Shown piece after piece: positions 38,236 through 47,905 of a stretch of DNA of 64,000 bases. Source of the stretch: an uncultured Jannaschia sp. (GTDB lineage: Bacteria > Pseudomonadota > Alphaproteobacteria > Rhodobacterales > Rhodobacteraceae); the NCBI GenBank assembly GCA_947494145.1, contig CANLTZ010000018.1, forward strand, positions 28,849-92,848. The letters run 5' to 3'. Position 1 is the stretch's first letter. Each line of letters starts with the position of its first letter. The notes under the pieces are model-generated. The model ran no database searches and was not told the DNA's origin. It saw only the letters and a list, made by a program, of their open reading frames with translations. The translations under genes and the position numbers were made by a program.

Positions 38236-39429
38236 ATGACAGCGATTGAGATCATGAACGAGCGCCCCGAGAGCGGCGGCTACAAGGTGGATATGTCCCG
38301 CGGCGGGCACGACGGGCGTGTGTCGTCGGAATGGTTTTCGCGGCCCGACGACGAGAAGTATCTCTCCCTCTCGGACCTCTACGCCTCGGTGAAGGGTCGG
38401 GCCGAACAGAGCCGGACGCGGACGGTCGAAAGCGCGGCGATCCGCGTCGAAGCCCATCGCGACGATCCAGAAAAGCTGGCGCTCGTTCTGCCAGACGCCG
38501 AGGCGCCGGTCGCGCCCACTCATTGGAGCTTCGGCCAGCTCGCGAGCCTGGTCAGCGCGCCCGCGGCCTATCTGCGTCAGCTTCCGGCGCCGCTGGCGGG
38601 TATCAACCTGCAGTACGGCCTCACCAACCACCGGGCCGAGCAGGTCAAAACGATGGAGGTCGCAAACGGTCGCACCGAACTGCGCGCCGTCACCGGCCCG
38701 GACTATGGCCGCATCTACGATCACGAACTCGTTTCCGCCGTCCAGCACATTGCAGGCGACGGTGTCGGCGACACGCGGTGGAAAGTGCCCGGCGTCCTCG
38801 ACTGGTCCACCGGCATCTACAACCCGATGGTCGACGTCACCAAGGACACGACCACGCTCTACGCCTCGGATCGCGACGTCTTCCTCTTCCTGGTCGACGA
38901 CCTCAACCCGATCGAGGCGGGCACGCTGCCGGACGGCTCGCCCGATCTCTTCTTCCGGGGGTTCTATTGCTGGAACTCGGAGGTCGGCGCGAAGACGCTC
39001 GGCATCGCAAGCTTCTATCTCCGCGCCGTCTGCCAGAACCGCAATCTCTGGGGCGTCGAGGACTTTCAGGAGATTTCCATCCGGCATTCCAAATATGCCG
39101 CCAACCGCTTCGCGCATGAGGCGTCTCCGGCACTGGCCAACTTCGCCGACTCCTCGCCGCAACCCTTCATTCAAGGCATTCGCTCCGCACGCGAACGCAT
39201 CGTCGCGCGCAGCGATGAGGACCGCACTGACTTCCTGCGCAAGCGCGGCTTCTCGAAAGCGGAGACCGGCAAGATCGTCGAGACCGTCCTTGCCGAAGAA
39301 GGTCGCCCGCCCGAGAGCGTGTTCGACTTCGTTCAGGGCATCACCGCGGTCGCGCGGTCCAAGCCGCAACAGGATGCGCGCCTCACCATGGAGACCCGCG
39401 CCAGGAAGCTGCTGGAGGCCGCCGCCTAG
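38236..39429 (+). CDS. DUF932-family protein
   Basis: WFSRPDDEKYLSL, THWSFGQL, LRAVTGPDYGRI, YASDRDVFLFLVD, WNSEVG, VCQNRNLWG. Confidence 0.8.
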   Translation: MTAIEIMNERPESGGYKVDMSRGGHDGRVSSEWFSRPDDEKYLSLSDLYASVKGRAEQSRTRTVESAAIRVEAHRDDPEKLALVLPDAEAPVAPTHWSFGQLASLVSAPAAYLRQLPAPLAGINLQYGLTNHRAEQVKTMEVANGRTELRAVTGPDYGRIYDHELVSAVQHIAGDGVGDTRWKVPGVLDWSTGIYNPMVDVTKDTTTLYASDRDVFLFLVDDLNPIEAGTLPDGSPDLFFRGFYCWNSEVGAKTLGIASFYLRAVCQNRNLWGVEDFQEISIRHSKYAANRFAHEASPALANFADSSPQPFIQGIRSARERIVARSDEDRTDFLRKRGFSKAETGKIVETVLAEEGRPPESVFDFVQGITAVARSKPQQDARLTMETRARKLLEAAA

Positions 39430-39508
39430 GCCCGCCGTTCCGCTTCGGTCCTTACCCTCCGTCCACGGTCCATCGCTTCCGGAGAGGAAGAGGTGGGCCG
39501 TGGTTTTC

Positions 39509-39558
39509 GTGACGGGTCTGGAGGTCAGAGAGAGTCTCGTGACCGCCCGTCGCGGAGA
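39509..39558 (+). promoter_or_regulatory. Structured leader hairpin, copy 2 (abuts parB RBS)
   Basis: GTGACGGG..GGTC-AGAG..TCTC..GACC..CCCGTCGC followed by GGAG. Confidence 0.55.
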
Positions 39559-39564
39559 AATCCC

Positions 39565-41613
39565 ATGACGAAGTCCAAGAAAATCACCCTCAGCGCCTCG
39601 CGCGACATCCCCTTCAACAAGCTGGTTCTCAGCCAGGCGAACGTCCGCAAGGTCAAGGCCGGCGTCTCGATCGAAGAGCTGGCCGAGGACATCGCCCGGC
39701 GCACGCTCTTGGCGAGCCTGACCGTGCGGCCCACGCTCGACGAGGACGGCGCAGAAACCGGCATGTTCGAGATCCCGGCCGGCGGCCGTCGCTATCGCGC
39801 GCTCGAATTGCTCGTGAAGCAGCGCCGGCTCAACAAGACCGCGCCCGTGCCCTGCATCGTGCGCACCGATGGTCTAGCGGAAGAGGATAGCCTCGCCGAG
39901 AACATCCAGCGAGCGCCGCTGCATCCGCTCGACCAGTTCCGCGCATTCCAGGCGATGCGCGAGAAGGGCAAATCCGAGGAGGAGATCGCCGCGGCCTTCT
40001 TCGTCTCGGTGGGTGTCGTCAAACAACGCCTCAAGCTGGCCGCCGTCTCGGCGACACTGCTCGACGCCTATGCGGAAGAGAAGATGACGCTCGACCAGCT
40101 CATGGCCTTCACGGTCAATCCCGACCACGAGCGCCAGGAACAGGTCTGGGACGCGCTCAAGCAGCATTACAACAAGCAGCCCTACGAAATCCGCCGCATG
40201 CTGACCGAGGGCGCCGTGCGCGCGTCGGACCGGCGGGCGCAATTCGTGGGTCTTGAGAACTACATCGAGGCGGGCGGCGAAGTGCTGCGCGATCTCTTCC
40301 AGACCGACGATGGCGGCTGGCTGCAGGATGCGGCCTTGATGGAAACCATGGTCACCGAGAAGCTGAACGAGGAAGCCGAAGCCATCCGCGCCGAAGGCTG
40401 GAAGTGGATCGAGGTGGGCACCGACTTTCCCTACGGCCACACCTACGACCTGCGGCGCATTCGCGGCGAAGCCGAGCCGATGAGCGAAGAGGAAGAGACG
40501 ACCTACGAGGCGCTCAAGGCCGAGTACGACAAGCTCGAAGACGACTACGCCGAAGTGGATGAACTTCCCGCGGAGGTCGATGAACGGCTCGGCGAGATCG
40601 AGACGGCGATGGAAGCGCTTCAGAACCGCCCGATCCGGTTCGAGGCGGAAGCCTACGCCATCGCCGGCGCCTTCGTCAGCATCGACAGCTCCGGCGGTCT
40701 GCGCGTCGAGCGCGGCTATGTCCGACCCGAGGACGAACCGGTCGAAGAAGCCGAGGACGATCCGGAGGACACGACCGTCGATCCCGATATGGACGGTGCA
40801 GTCGCTGACGCATCCGATGCTGTGACGGATCAGGATGAGGAAGACGATGATGACGGCACCAAGCCATTGTCGGACCGCCTCGTCTGCGAACTGACCGTCC
40901 ATCGCACGATGGCGCTGCGCGATGCGCTGGCGAACGATCCGCAGCTGGCGATGCTCGCCTGTCTGCATGCGATGGTCTTGCAGCTCTTCTACCATTACGG
41001 CCAGGACAGCTGTGTCGAGATCAGCCCGCGCTCAACCCAGTTCGGCTCGCAGGCGCCGAACCTCGGCGAGGCGCAATATGTCCAGTCGATCGATCTCGGC
41101 ATCGAGACCTGGGCGGGCAACCTGCCGAAGCAGCCGGAAGATCTGTGGGGTGCGCTGGTGGAATGGGACAGCGACAGCCGCGACGCGCTCTTTGCCCATT
41201 GCGTGGCGATGACCGTCAACGCGGTGCAGGAACCACACCACCGCAAGCCGCGCCAGATCGCCCATGCCGACGTGCTGGCTTCGACGCTGGGCCTCGACAT
41301 GGGTGTTGCAGGCTGGACGCCGACGGCCGACAGCTATCTCGGCCGCGTGACCAAGGCGCAGATCCTCGCCGCGGTGCGCGAGGCGAAGGGCGACAAGGAC
41401 GCCGACCGTATCGCCGGGTTCAAGAAATCCGATATGGTCGAAGCAGCAGAGGAGCTGCTGTCAGGCACAGGCTGGCTCCCGCAGCCGCTGCGCACGGCTC
41501 CGCTCGCCGAAGAGCCCGACGAGCCGGAGTTCGAGATCGTCGATGATGGCGATGTCGCACCCGACGAACCGGCGATCAAGGACGAAGAGGCCGCGCTTCA
41601 GGCTGCCGAATAA
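39565..41613 (+). CDS. ParB/RepB/Spo0J-family protein (ICE type)
   Basis: AGGRRYRAL ParB box, SLAENIQR, LHPLDQFRAF, long acidic C-terminal region. Confidence 0.85.
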   Translation: MTKSKKITLSASRDIPFNKLVLSQANVRKVKAGVSIEELAEDIARRTLLASLTVRPTLDEDGAETGMFEIPAGGRRYRALELLVKQRRLNKTAPVPCIVRTDGLAEEDSLAENIQRAPLHPLDQFRAFQAMREKGKSEEEIAAAFFVSVGVVKQRLKLAAVSATLLDAYAEEKMTLDQLMAFTVNPDHERQEQVWDALKQHYNKQPYEIRRMLTEGAVRASDRRAQFVGLENYIEAGGEVLRDLFQTDDGGWLQDAALMETMVTEKLNEEAEAIRAEGWKWIEVGTDFPYGHTYDLRRIRGEAEPMSEEEETTYEALKAEYDKLEDDYAEVDELPAEVDERLGEIETAMEALQNRPIRFEAEAYAIAGAFVSIDSSGGLRVERGYVRPEDEPVEEAEDDPEDTTVDPDMDGAVADASDAVTDQDEEDDDDGTKPLSDRLVCELTVHRTMALRDALANDPQLAMLACLHAMVLQLFYHYGQDSCVEISPRSTQFGSQAPNLGEAQYVQSIDLGIETWAGNLPKQPEDLWGALVEWDSDSRDALFAHCVAMTVNAVQEPHHRKPRQIAHADVLASTLGLDMGVAGWTPTADSYLGRVTKAQILAAVREAKGDKDADRIAGFKKSDMVEAAEELLSGTGWLPQPLRTAPLAEEPDEPEFEIVDDGDVAPDEPAIKDEEAALQAAE

Positions 41614-41637
41614 GTCCACGCACCCATCACCCACTCA

Positions 41638-41663
41638 AAGGCCCGGCCCTTGCGCCGGGCCTT
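41638..41663 (+). terminator. Hairpin after parB
   Basis: AAGGCCCGGC...GCCGGGCCTT stem followed by CTTCGTTT. Confidence 0.5.
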
Positions 41664-41685
41664 CTTCGTTTCAAGGAGATGTCCG

Positions 41686-42177
41686 ATGACAGATACGACC
41701 GATACGGCGGCCCAAGCCGCACCGACCCCGACCTTCGACTTCGCCAAATGGGAGGCCGAGCAGCGCGCGCGCAACGCGTTGCTCGATACGATCCGCCCCA
41801 AGAACAAGGCGGCGATCTTCGCCGTCCTCACCGAGGCCGACATTACAACCGTCACCGTCGAGTTCGACGGGTATGGTGACAGCGGCGGCATCGAGAACGT
41901 CCATGCCGAAGCCGACGGCAGCGAGATCGCTCTGCCCGAAGGCTCAGTGACGCTGCTCACGCTCGGCTGGCGCGAGTCCGAGCCGACCGAGAAGACCATG
42001 CCGCTCGACGAGGCCATCGAGCACATGGTCTATGAGCTGCTGGGGCAGACCCATGGCGGTTGGGAAAACAACGCCGGTGCCTTCGGCAATTTCGTCTTCG
42101 ACGTGGCCGCCGAAACCATCACCCTCGAATTCAACATGCGCTTCGAAGACTCCGAGTTCTTCGAGCATACATTCTGA
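41686..42177 (+). CDS. DUF6878-like hypothetical protein
   Basis: V.FDGYGDSGGIE and GWENNAGAFG.F.FDV motifs; AAGGAG RBS. Confidence 0.6.
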   Translation: MTDTTDTAAQAAPTPTFDFAKWEAEQRARNALLDTIRPKNKAAIFAVLTEADITTVTVEFDGYGDSGGIENVHAEADGSEIALPEGSVTLLTLGWRESEPTEKTMPLDEAIEHMVYELLGQTHGGWENNAGAFGNFVFDVAAETITLEFNMRFEDSEFFEHTF

Positions 42178-42188
42178 GGGAGGCGGAC

Positions 42189-42593
42189 ATGGGACATTGC
42201 TATCACCATGCGCTTTCCTCGGCGCGCAAGTTCGGCGGCACGGCAGACGACTATATCGCCCTGCATAATTGGTTTGACGAGTCCAAGTGCATCACCGCCG
42301 ATTTTCGGCATCGGGCGCTGCGCCACCATGCCGAGGGCATTTTCATGCTCGAGCGCATCTTCGGGACCGTCATCACGGTCTCGACCGGGCGCGAGGTGCC
42401 CGTGCGCCAGATCGGCGAGCAGCACGTCATCGAGGATCTCGGCTTCATCCCGAGCTTCGCCGATTGGGTGCGCTGCATCCGGCCCGAACCTTGGATGCAG
42501 CGAGCGCAACCAATCCACCGGATCGTCGATCCGTTCGCGGCCGAGGCAGACCATCGCACGGGCGTAGCGCCAAGACAGGCTGGCGGCGGCTGA
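42189..42593 (+). CDS. DUF6915-like hypothetical protein
   Basis: HHALSSARKFGG..DY..LH.WFDESK, RHRALRHH, EQHVIEDLG. Confidence 0.6.
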   Translation: MGHCYHHALSSARKFGGTADDYIALHNWFDESKCITADFRHRALRHHAEGIFMLERIFGTVITVSTGREVPVRQIGEQHVIEDLGFIPSFADWVRCIRPEPWMQRAQPIHRIVDPFAAEADHRTGVAPRQAGGG

Positions 42594-42716
42594 AGGCCCA
42601 TCGCGCAGCGTCGCTTCTTCGGCGAAGATGGGCCTGTCGCCGCCGCCTTCGCCCACATTCGAGCAGTTGGCGACCACCAACCGCGGGAGACGTTCCCCCC
42701 CAACTCCCTCAGCTTG

Positions 42717-42746
42717 GGGCCTGTCGGACGCGGCAGGCCCTTTTTT
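42717..42746 (+). terminator. Rho-independent terminator upstream of the toprim gene
   Basis: GGGCCTGTCG-GACG-CGGCAGGCCC stem followed by TTTTTT. Confidence 0.6.
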
Positions 42747-42770
42747 CTGCGCATCATTCAGGAGACCATC

Positions 42771-43817
42771 ATGGACAGTCCCGCCGCAAACCTTTCGCAG
42801 AAACTCAGCCGCGAGGCCGAGGCTGTGTGCCGCCATTACCTCTCCAAGGGACGCAAACATGGCAACTACTGGGTTGTCGGCGACGTCGAGAACACGCCTG
42901 GTCGCAGCCTCTATGTCCGGCTCACCGGGCCGACCCGCGGCAAGGGTGCAGCAGGCAAGTGGACCGACGCCGCCACCGGCGAACATGGTGATCTCCTCGA
43001 TCTCATCGCGGCCAATCTCAATCTCTCCACACTTCGCGACACGCTCGACGAGGCACGACGCTTTCTGAGCCTGCCACGTCCCGAACCGCCCGCAAGACAG
43101 CCCCAGACGCCGGTAGCGCGTGGATCGCCCGAGGCGGCACGGCGGCTTTGGGCGATGGGTCAGCCGATCGCGGGCACGTTGGCGGAGCGTTATCTCTCCG
43201 CACGCGGTCTGAAAGGCCTTCGAAGTGTGGGCGCACTCCGGTTTCATCCGAACTGCTACTACTGGCGAGAGGGTGCAGATGCCGTTGATGCACCCGATGC
43301 CTGGCCTGCCTTACTCGCCAAAGTCACCGACACTGCCGGAACCCTGACCGGCGTTCATCGGACCTGGCTCGATCCGCAGACGACCGAAAAGGCTCGGCTC
43401 GATCCCAACCGCAAGGCGATGGGCAATCTGCTCGGCCACGCCGTCAGGCTCGGATCACCGACCGACATTCTCGCTGTCGGCGAAGGCCTGGAGACGATGC
43501 TCTCGTTAAGGCAAGCACTTGCCGGTCTGCCGGTTGCCGCAGCGCTTTCGGGCAACCATCTCGCAGCGTTCGATCCGCCCGCAGATCGCGGCCGACTCTA
43601 TGTTGCCATCGATAATGACGGGGCCGGTCAGGCGGCTTTCGATGCACTGGTCGAGCGCTTCGCGGACAGTGACCTGCACCTCTTGCCGCTGCGACCCATG
43701 CTGGATGATTTCAACGGCGATCTCCGGAAATGCGGCATCGACGAGATGCGCAGCCATTTGCGTCCCCAGCTCTTGCCAGTCGACGTTCCGAATTTGCTCC
43801 CCGCCGAGAATTGCTGA
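42771..43817 (+). CDS. Toprim-domain (primase-like) protein
   Basis: GNYWVVGD, GKWTDAATGEHGDLLD, VGEGLET, DNDGAG. Confidence 0.8.
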   Translation: MDSPAANLSQKLSREAEAVCRHYLSKGRKHGNYWVVGDVENTPGRSLYVRLTGPTRGKGAAGKWTDAATGEHGDLLDLIAANLNLSTLRDTLDEARRFLSLPRPEPPARQPQTPVARGSPEAARRLWAMGQPIAGTLAERYLSARGLKGLRSVGALRFHPNCYYWREGADAVDAPDAWPALLAKVTDTAGTLTGVHRTWLDPQTTEKARLDPNRKAMGNLLGHAVRLGSPTDILAVGEGLETMLSLRQALAGLPVAAALSGNHLAAFDPPADRGRLYVAIDNDGAGQAAFDALVERFADSDLHLLPLRPMLDDFNGDLRKCGIDEMRSHLRPQLLPVDVPNLLPAENC

Positions 43818-44164
43818 CGTCCAGAGCCGGTTTCGTCAGCTGGACAGGCGGAACGAACCTCACGCCGTAGAGCCGCGCCCGACGGCCTTCCCGAGAGGGG
43901 CGAGCCGGAGCGGAACCCGCCCGGTCCGGCAATGGCTGCGGCGACACCGTTTTCCGCCGCCGGGCAAACCCGGCTTTGCATCGCGATCCAAAACGGCGCC
44001 GCCTCCGCCATCCTCCGCTGACGCTCCGGCCGACGCAGCCATGGGGTCCCCGCGAAGTACCACTTCGTGGGGAATTGCGTCGGTGCAGGCCCGGTCGCGT
44101 CCCGCTTTCCGTCGCCCATGAAGGCCGCGCGAGGCGCGGTCAGTGGCAAGGAGGCATAACGCCC

Positions 44165-45091
44165 ATGACCCAGAACGAACCCGACACCCGATCCGCCACA
44201 GCCCTCGTCCTCGACGAGTTGCAGCTCTTCGGACATCGACCGTTTGCCGATGAACCCGATCCGCGGCCACTCCCAGACGCCGGAACCGTCGAAGGCGCGA
44301 TCGCGGATATCTTCGACGCCATGGTCGTCGCCCTCGGCGACACCCGGCTCGAACCCGATCTCGAAGACCTGCTCTGGTCGACCACCAATGTCTTCCACCG
44401 CATGGCGACCCGCATCGACCGCAAGCTCGACGACAACGAACAGGCGCAGCGGCGCGCGCAGCGCAGTCAGGACGGGTCCGAAGTCCGCTCGGTCGAACTG
44501 GAACGCCTGATCGCAGAAGGGCTGACGCTCACCGAACAGCACAACGCCTATGACGGCATGCGTGATCTCGCGGCCGAGCACTTCGAGGCGCATCTCGGCC
44601 AGACCTGGCATCCACGTTCCGGCAGCCACGTCAATCGCAAGCACATGACCGCCACGATGATCGACAGCCGCGACTATCTCGATGCGAAGCGCAAGACCGA
44701 ACTCGAACCGCTTATCCCAACCGGCACCAAGATCGCCTTCACCGGCGGACAGGACGTGGCCGATACCGGGGCCATCTGGGCGGCACTCGACAAGGTGCGC
44801 GCCAAGCATGACGACATGGTGCTCCTGCACGGCGGTTCACCGAAGGGCGCCGAACGCATCGCAGCCTGCTGGGCCGACAATCGCAAGTGCCAACAGATCG
44901 TCTTCAAGCCGGACTGGACACGCCACGGCAAGGCCGCACCGTTCAAGCGCAACGATCTACTCCTGGAAACGCTTCCGATCGGTCTGATCGTCTTCCCGGG
45001 CTCCGGCATCTCCGACAATCTCGCCGACAAGGCCAAGGTGCTCGGCATCCCGCTATACGATTTCCGGAAAGCCAAAGGCGGGTCGTCATGA
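44165..45091 (+). CDS. DUF2493 (SLOG-family) domain protein
   Basis: C-terminal KIAFTGG, LLHGGSPKGAE, AAPFKRND, FPGSGIS; GGAGG RBS. Confidence 0.75.
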   Translation: MTQNEPDTRSATALVLDELQLFGHRPFADEPDPRPLPDAGTVEGAIADIFDAMVVALGDTRLEPDLEDLLWSTTNVFHRMATRIDRKLDDNEQAQRRAQRSQDGSEVRSVELERLIAEGLTLTEQHNAYDGMRDLAAEHFEAHLGQTWHPRSGSHVNRKHMTATMIDSRDYLDAKRKTELEPLIPTGTKIAFTGGQDVADTGAIWAALDKVRAKHDDMVLLHGGSPKGAERIAACWADNRKCQQIVFKPDWTRHGKAAPFKRNDLLLETLPIGLIVFPGSGISDNLADKAKVLGIPLYDFRKAKGGSS

Positions 45092-45215
45092 CCCGCGATG
45101 CCCAAATAGCATCGCGTCGAGAGCCTTTCGAATATTCCGTGAACACCGGGAATATGCTATGCTCGGACCGCGCCATGGCGGTGGTGGCGGCGCAATCCAT
45201 AAGAGGAGACCGCCC

Positions 45216-45683
45216 ATGTTTTTGTCTGCATTTCTGAGCGTTCTGGGGCTCGGCCTCATGGTCTACGTGCTCTTCGCAACCGCCGTTTATGCGCTCCCGT
45301 TCTTCGTCGGACTCACCGTCGGCATGCACCTCTATGAGACGGAAGCAGGCGTCATCACGGCCATTGTTGTTGCGTTCTTTGCGGGTGCCGCCACCCTGGT
45401 CGTCGGTCAGATCGCCTTCGCGTCGATCAAGTCGATCCCCGTCAAGCTCGTCATCGGGATGCTCTTTGCAGCACCTGCAGGGGTCGCTGGCTTTCACGCG
45501 ATCAAGGGTCTCTCCGAAATCGGCGGCGCATCGGAAGGCTGGACTCTGGCCTTCGCCATCATCGGTGGAATTGTAACTGGCGGAACCGCGTGGGTGCGGA
45601 TCGCAGGCCTCGCAGGCGAGCACGACGACCCCGCCTTGGAAGCAACAAATGAGCCCGGATTTCGCGCCGCGAATGACGGCTAG
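45216..45683 (+). CDS. Hypothetical membrane protein
   Basis: Four to five hydrophobic segments, YALPFFVG motif, GAGGAG RBS. Confidence 0.7.
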   Translation: MFLSAFLSVLGLGLMVYVLFATAVYALPFFVGLTVGMHLYETEAGVITAIVVAFFAGAATLVVGQIAFASIKSIPVKLVIGMLFAAPAGVAGFHAIKGLSEIGGASEGWTLAFAIIGGIVTGGTAWVRIAGLAGEHDDPALEATNEPGFRAANDG

Positions 45684-45781
45684 ATCGGCGATCCAGGCGG
45701 TCTCTCACCCGAAGATGTGTCTGGTGACGTCTCCAACCTCTCTGGTTGCTTCATGCCGGAGTAAGACAGAAGCTGTCGGCA

Positions 45782-46735
45782 TCACCCGAAATGCGCGCTC
45801 CCATTCAAGTCCGACCGCTCTCGCCTCGCTTCGATCCGCGCGAGACTGATGAAGCGCCTGAGCGCCGGATTGTCGTTCTCGGGATGCCAAGCCAGGGAGA
45901 AAGGAACGCGCTCTTCGTCGCCGCCCATGGGAATGAGGGCGACGTTGGGATAGCGCGCTTGGGCGGCATGATCGCCGACCACCGTCACACCGATACCAAG
46001 TCCAACGAGGTTCATCAGGCCCTCCCGGCTGACCTGATGGCGGGTGATCGACGCGCCACGCCCGAATTGCGTCGCCCGGCGGACGATATAGTCGTGAATA
46101 TCAGGGCCGGATTCCCGCGCGCTGACGATGAACTGCGCATCGGCAAGATCGTCCCAAAGCACGCTGTCCCGTTGACCGTAAGGCCCATCGCTGGCCACCG
46201 CCAGAAAGACGCGGGTGCGGTCGAGGAGAACGCTGTCATAGCCTTCGCAGGGCGGCGTTCCCGACACGATGGCGATATCCAGGGTCCGATGCCCGAGCAT
46301 CGTCATCATCTGCGTACGTCCACATTCAAAAAAGCACAGCTTCACTTTCGGGTGGCGACGCGAAAACACGGCGACCAGCCGCCTTTGCGGGCCGCAAGAG
46401 AAGGACACCATGGAGCCGATCTTGAGATGTCCATTTTGCCCTATGGCTGTCGTCTGAGCGCGCGCGATCGCCGCCTTGAGGTTTTCGAAGACCGCGCTCG
46501 AACATGCGACGAACTCCGACCCGGCATGGGTCAGGCGCGCACCGACCGAGCTGCGCTCGAACAGCGAAACCCCCAGATTGTCTTCGAGTTTCTGGATGCG
46601 CCGCGATACCGCCGACTGCCCGAGATGCAGCCTTCCGGCCGCCTTTCGGAAGCTGCTGCACTCCGCGACCGCGAGCAGGACCTCCAGGTCCCGCGTATCG
46701 AGCTGTCGGAGCAATGATATCTGTTGACCGTCCAT
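45782..46735 (-). CDS. LysR-family transcriptional regulator
   Basis: SFRKAAGRLHLGQSAVSRRIQKLE HTH; GAGG RBS before MDGQQ. Confidence 0.85.
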   Translation of the reverse strand: MDGQQISLLRQLDTRDLEVLLAVAECSSFRKAAGRLHLGQSAVSRRIQKLEDNLGVSLFERSSVGARLTHAGSEFVACSSAVFENLKAAIARAQTTAIGQNGHLKIGSMVSFSCGPQRRLVAVFSRRHPKVKLCFFECGRTQMMTMLGHRTLDIAIVSGTPPCEGYDSVLLDRTRVFLAVASDGPYGQRDSVLWDDLADAQFIVSARESGPDIHDYIVRRATQFGRGASITRHQVSREGLMNLVGLGIGVTVVGDHAAQARYPNVALIPMGGDEERVPFSLAWHPENDNPALRRFISLARIEARRERSDLNGSAHFG

Positions 46736-47053
46736 AACAATACCTCTCGCTGAGGCGTGTTCGGGCATGTCTGGCGGTCGTTTCTCTCGTGCGGATTCGA
46801 TCGCGCCACATCGTCGTGTTTTGCTGTGGCCTCTAGCGTTTACTTTGGGAGCCGTATTGCAACAAAGCGATGCGCAAATATTCCAATGGGCCATAGATTT
46901 ACAGGATGCTGCTCACAGATCCCGTCGCAGTCGACCGTGCGGTCTGACACAACGGCAACGGTCATTGGCAAATCACTCCGAGCAACATGCTGTAAGCCCG
47001 CCAGTGTCAATAAGACTGTACACGGATGACATTGCAAAGCTCGCACCAGGACA

Positions 47054-47905
47054 ATGCGGGGACTCGAATCTATGCTTCAGATCAGAAATGAAGATTTCGT
47101 CAGCACGGCGTATGAGGGCAAAAGATATTCTCTCTTTGTGCGCCGACCGGGCGCCTATCACATCGATATTCCGCCGGACCGCCACTTCCTCGACATTCAG
47201 GTTGGACCGTCGGATGCGCTCTATGAAATCACGGGTAAGGATGACGACGATGGCAGAGCGCCGCCATCGAGTTTCGTCTTTCTGCCGTCCGGCAGCGCCA
47301 CCGAGATCAAGACCTCCCGCACCGCCTGGAGTGTACAGGTCGCGTTCGATCCCGACGCGATTGGGTGCGTGGATCGAGAAACGTCAGCCCTCCGAGCGCT
47401 TGTCCACGTTCGCGACGACTTCATGGCCAGTCTCGCGCAGCAACTGGCTTGGCAGGATTGCTCCGAAGCCTTGAGCGATGCGCAGATCGACGCGATCTGC
47501 AAAGTCCTTCTGACCCGAACAGAACAGCATCTGATGCAGACGGTCCCGCAGCTGCCATGCAGAACCGCACCTGCGAAACGAATTCAGGCTGTCCTCGACC
47601 ATATCGATGAGGATGTGTCCGCACCGCACGGACTGATGGACCTCGCGGAAGTCGCTGGCCTCAGTCCATATCATTTCTCCCGGGTCTTTCGGGCCGCCAT
47701 GGGACAAAGTCCCTGCCAATACGTCCTCGAACGGCGGATCGTCGAAGCTAAGCGCCGTCTCGACCAATCGGAAGAATCCATTGCCGCGATCGCCTATGAT
47801 TGTGGGTTCGGCTCGCAGAGCCACATGACGAGCGTCTTCACAAAACTGGTCGGGATCACGCCCGGGAAACTGCGGCGGCAGGCATCGCGCGAGCCAGCAT
47901 CATAG
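47054..47905 (+). CDS. AraC-family transcriptional regulator
   Basis: LAEVAGLSPYHFSRVF and IAYDCGFGSQSHMTSVF double HTH. Confidence 0.88.
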   Translation: MRGLESMLQIRNEDFVSTAYEGKRYSLFVRRPGAYHIDIPPDRHFLDIQVGPSDALYEITGKDDDDGRAPPSSFVFLPSGSATEIKTSRTAWSVQVAFDPDAIGCVDRETSALRALVHVRDDFMASLAQQLAWQDCSEALSDAQIDAICKVLLTRTEQHLMQTVPQLPCRTAPAKRIQAVLDHIDEDVSAPHGLMDLAEVAGLSPYHFSRVFRAAMGQSPCQYVLERRIVEAKRRLDQSEESIAAIAYDCGFGSQSHMTSVFTKLVGITPGKLRRQASREPAS

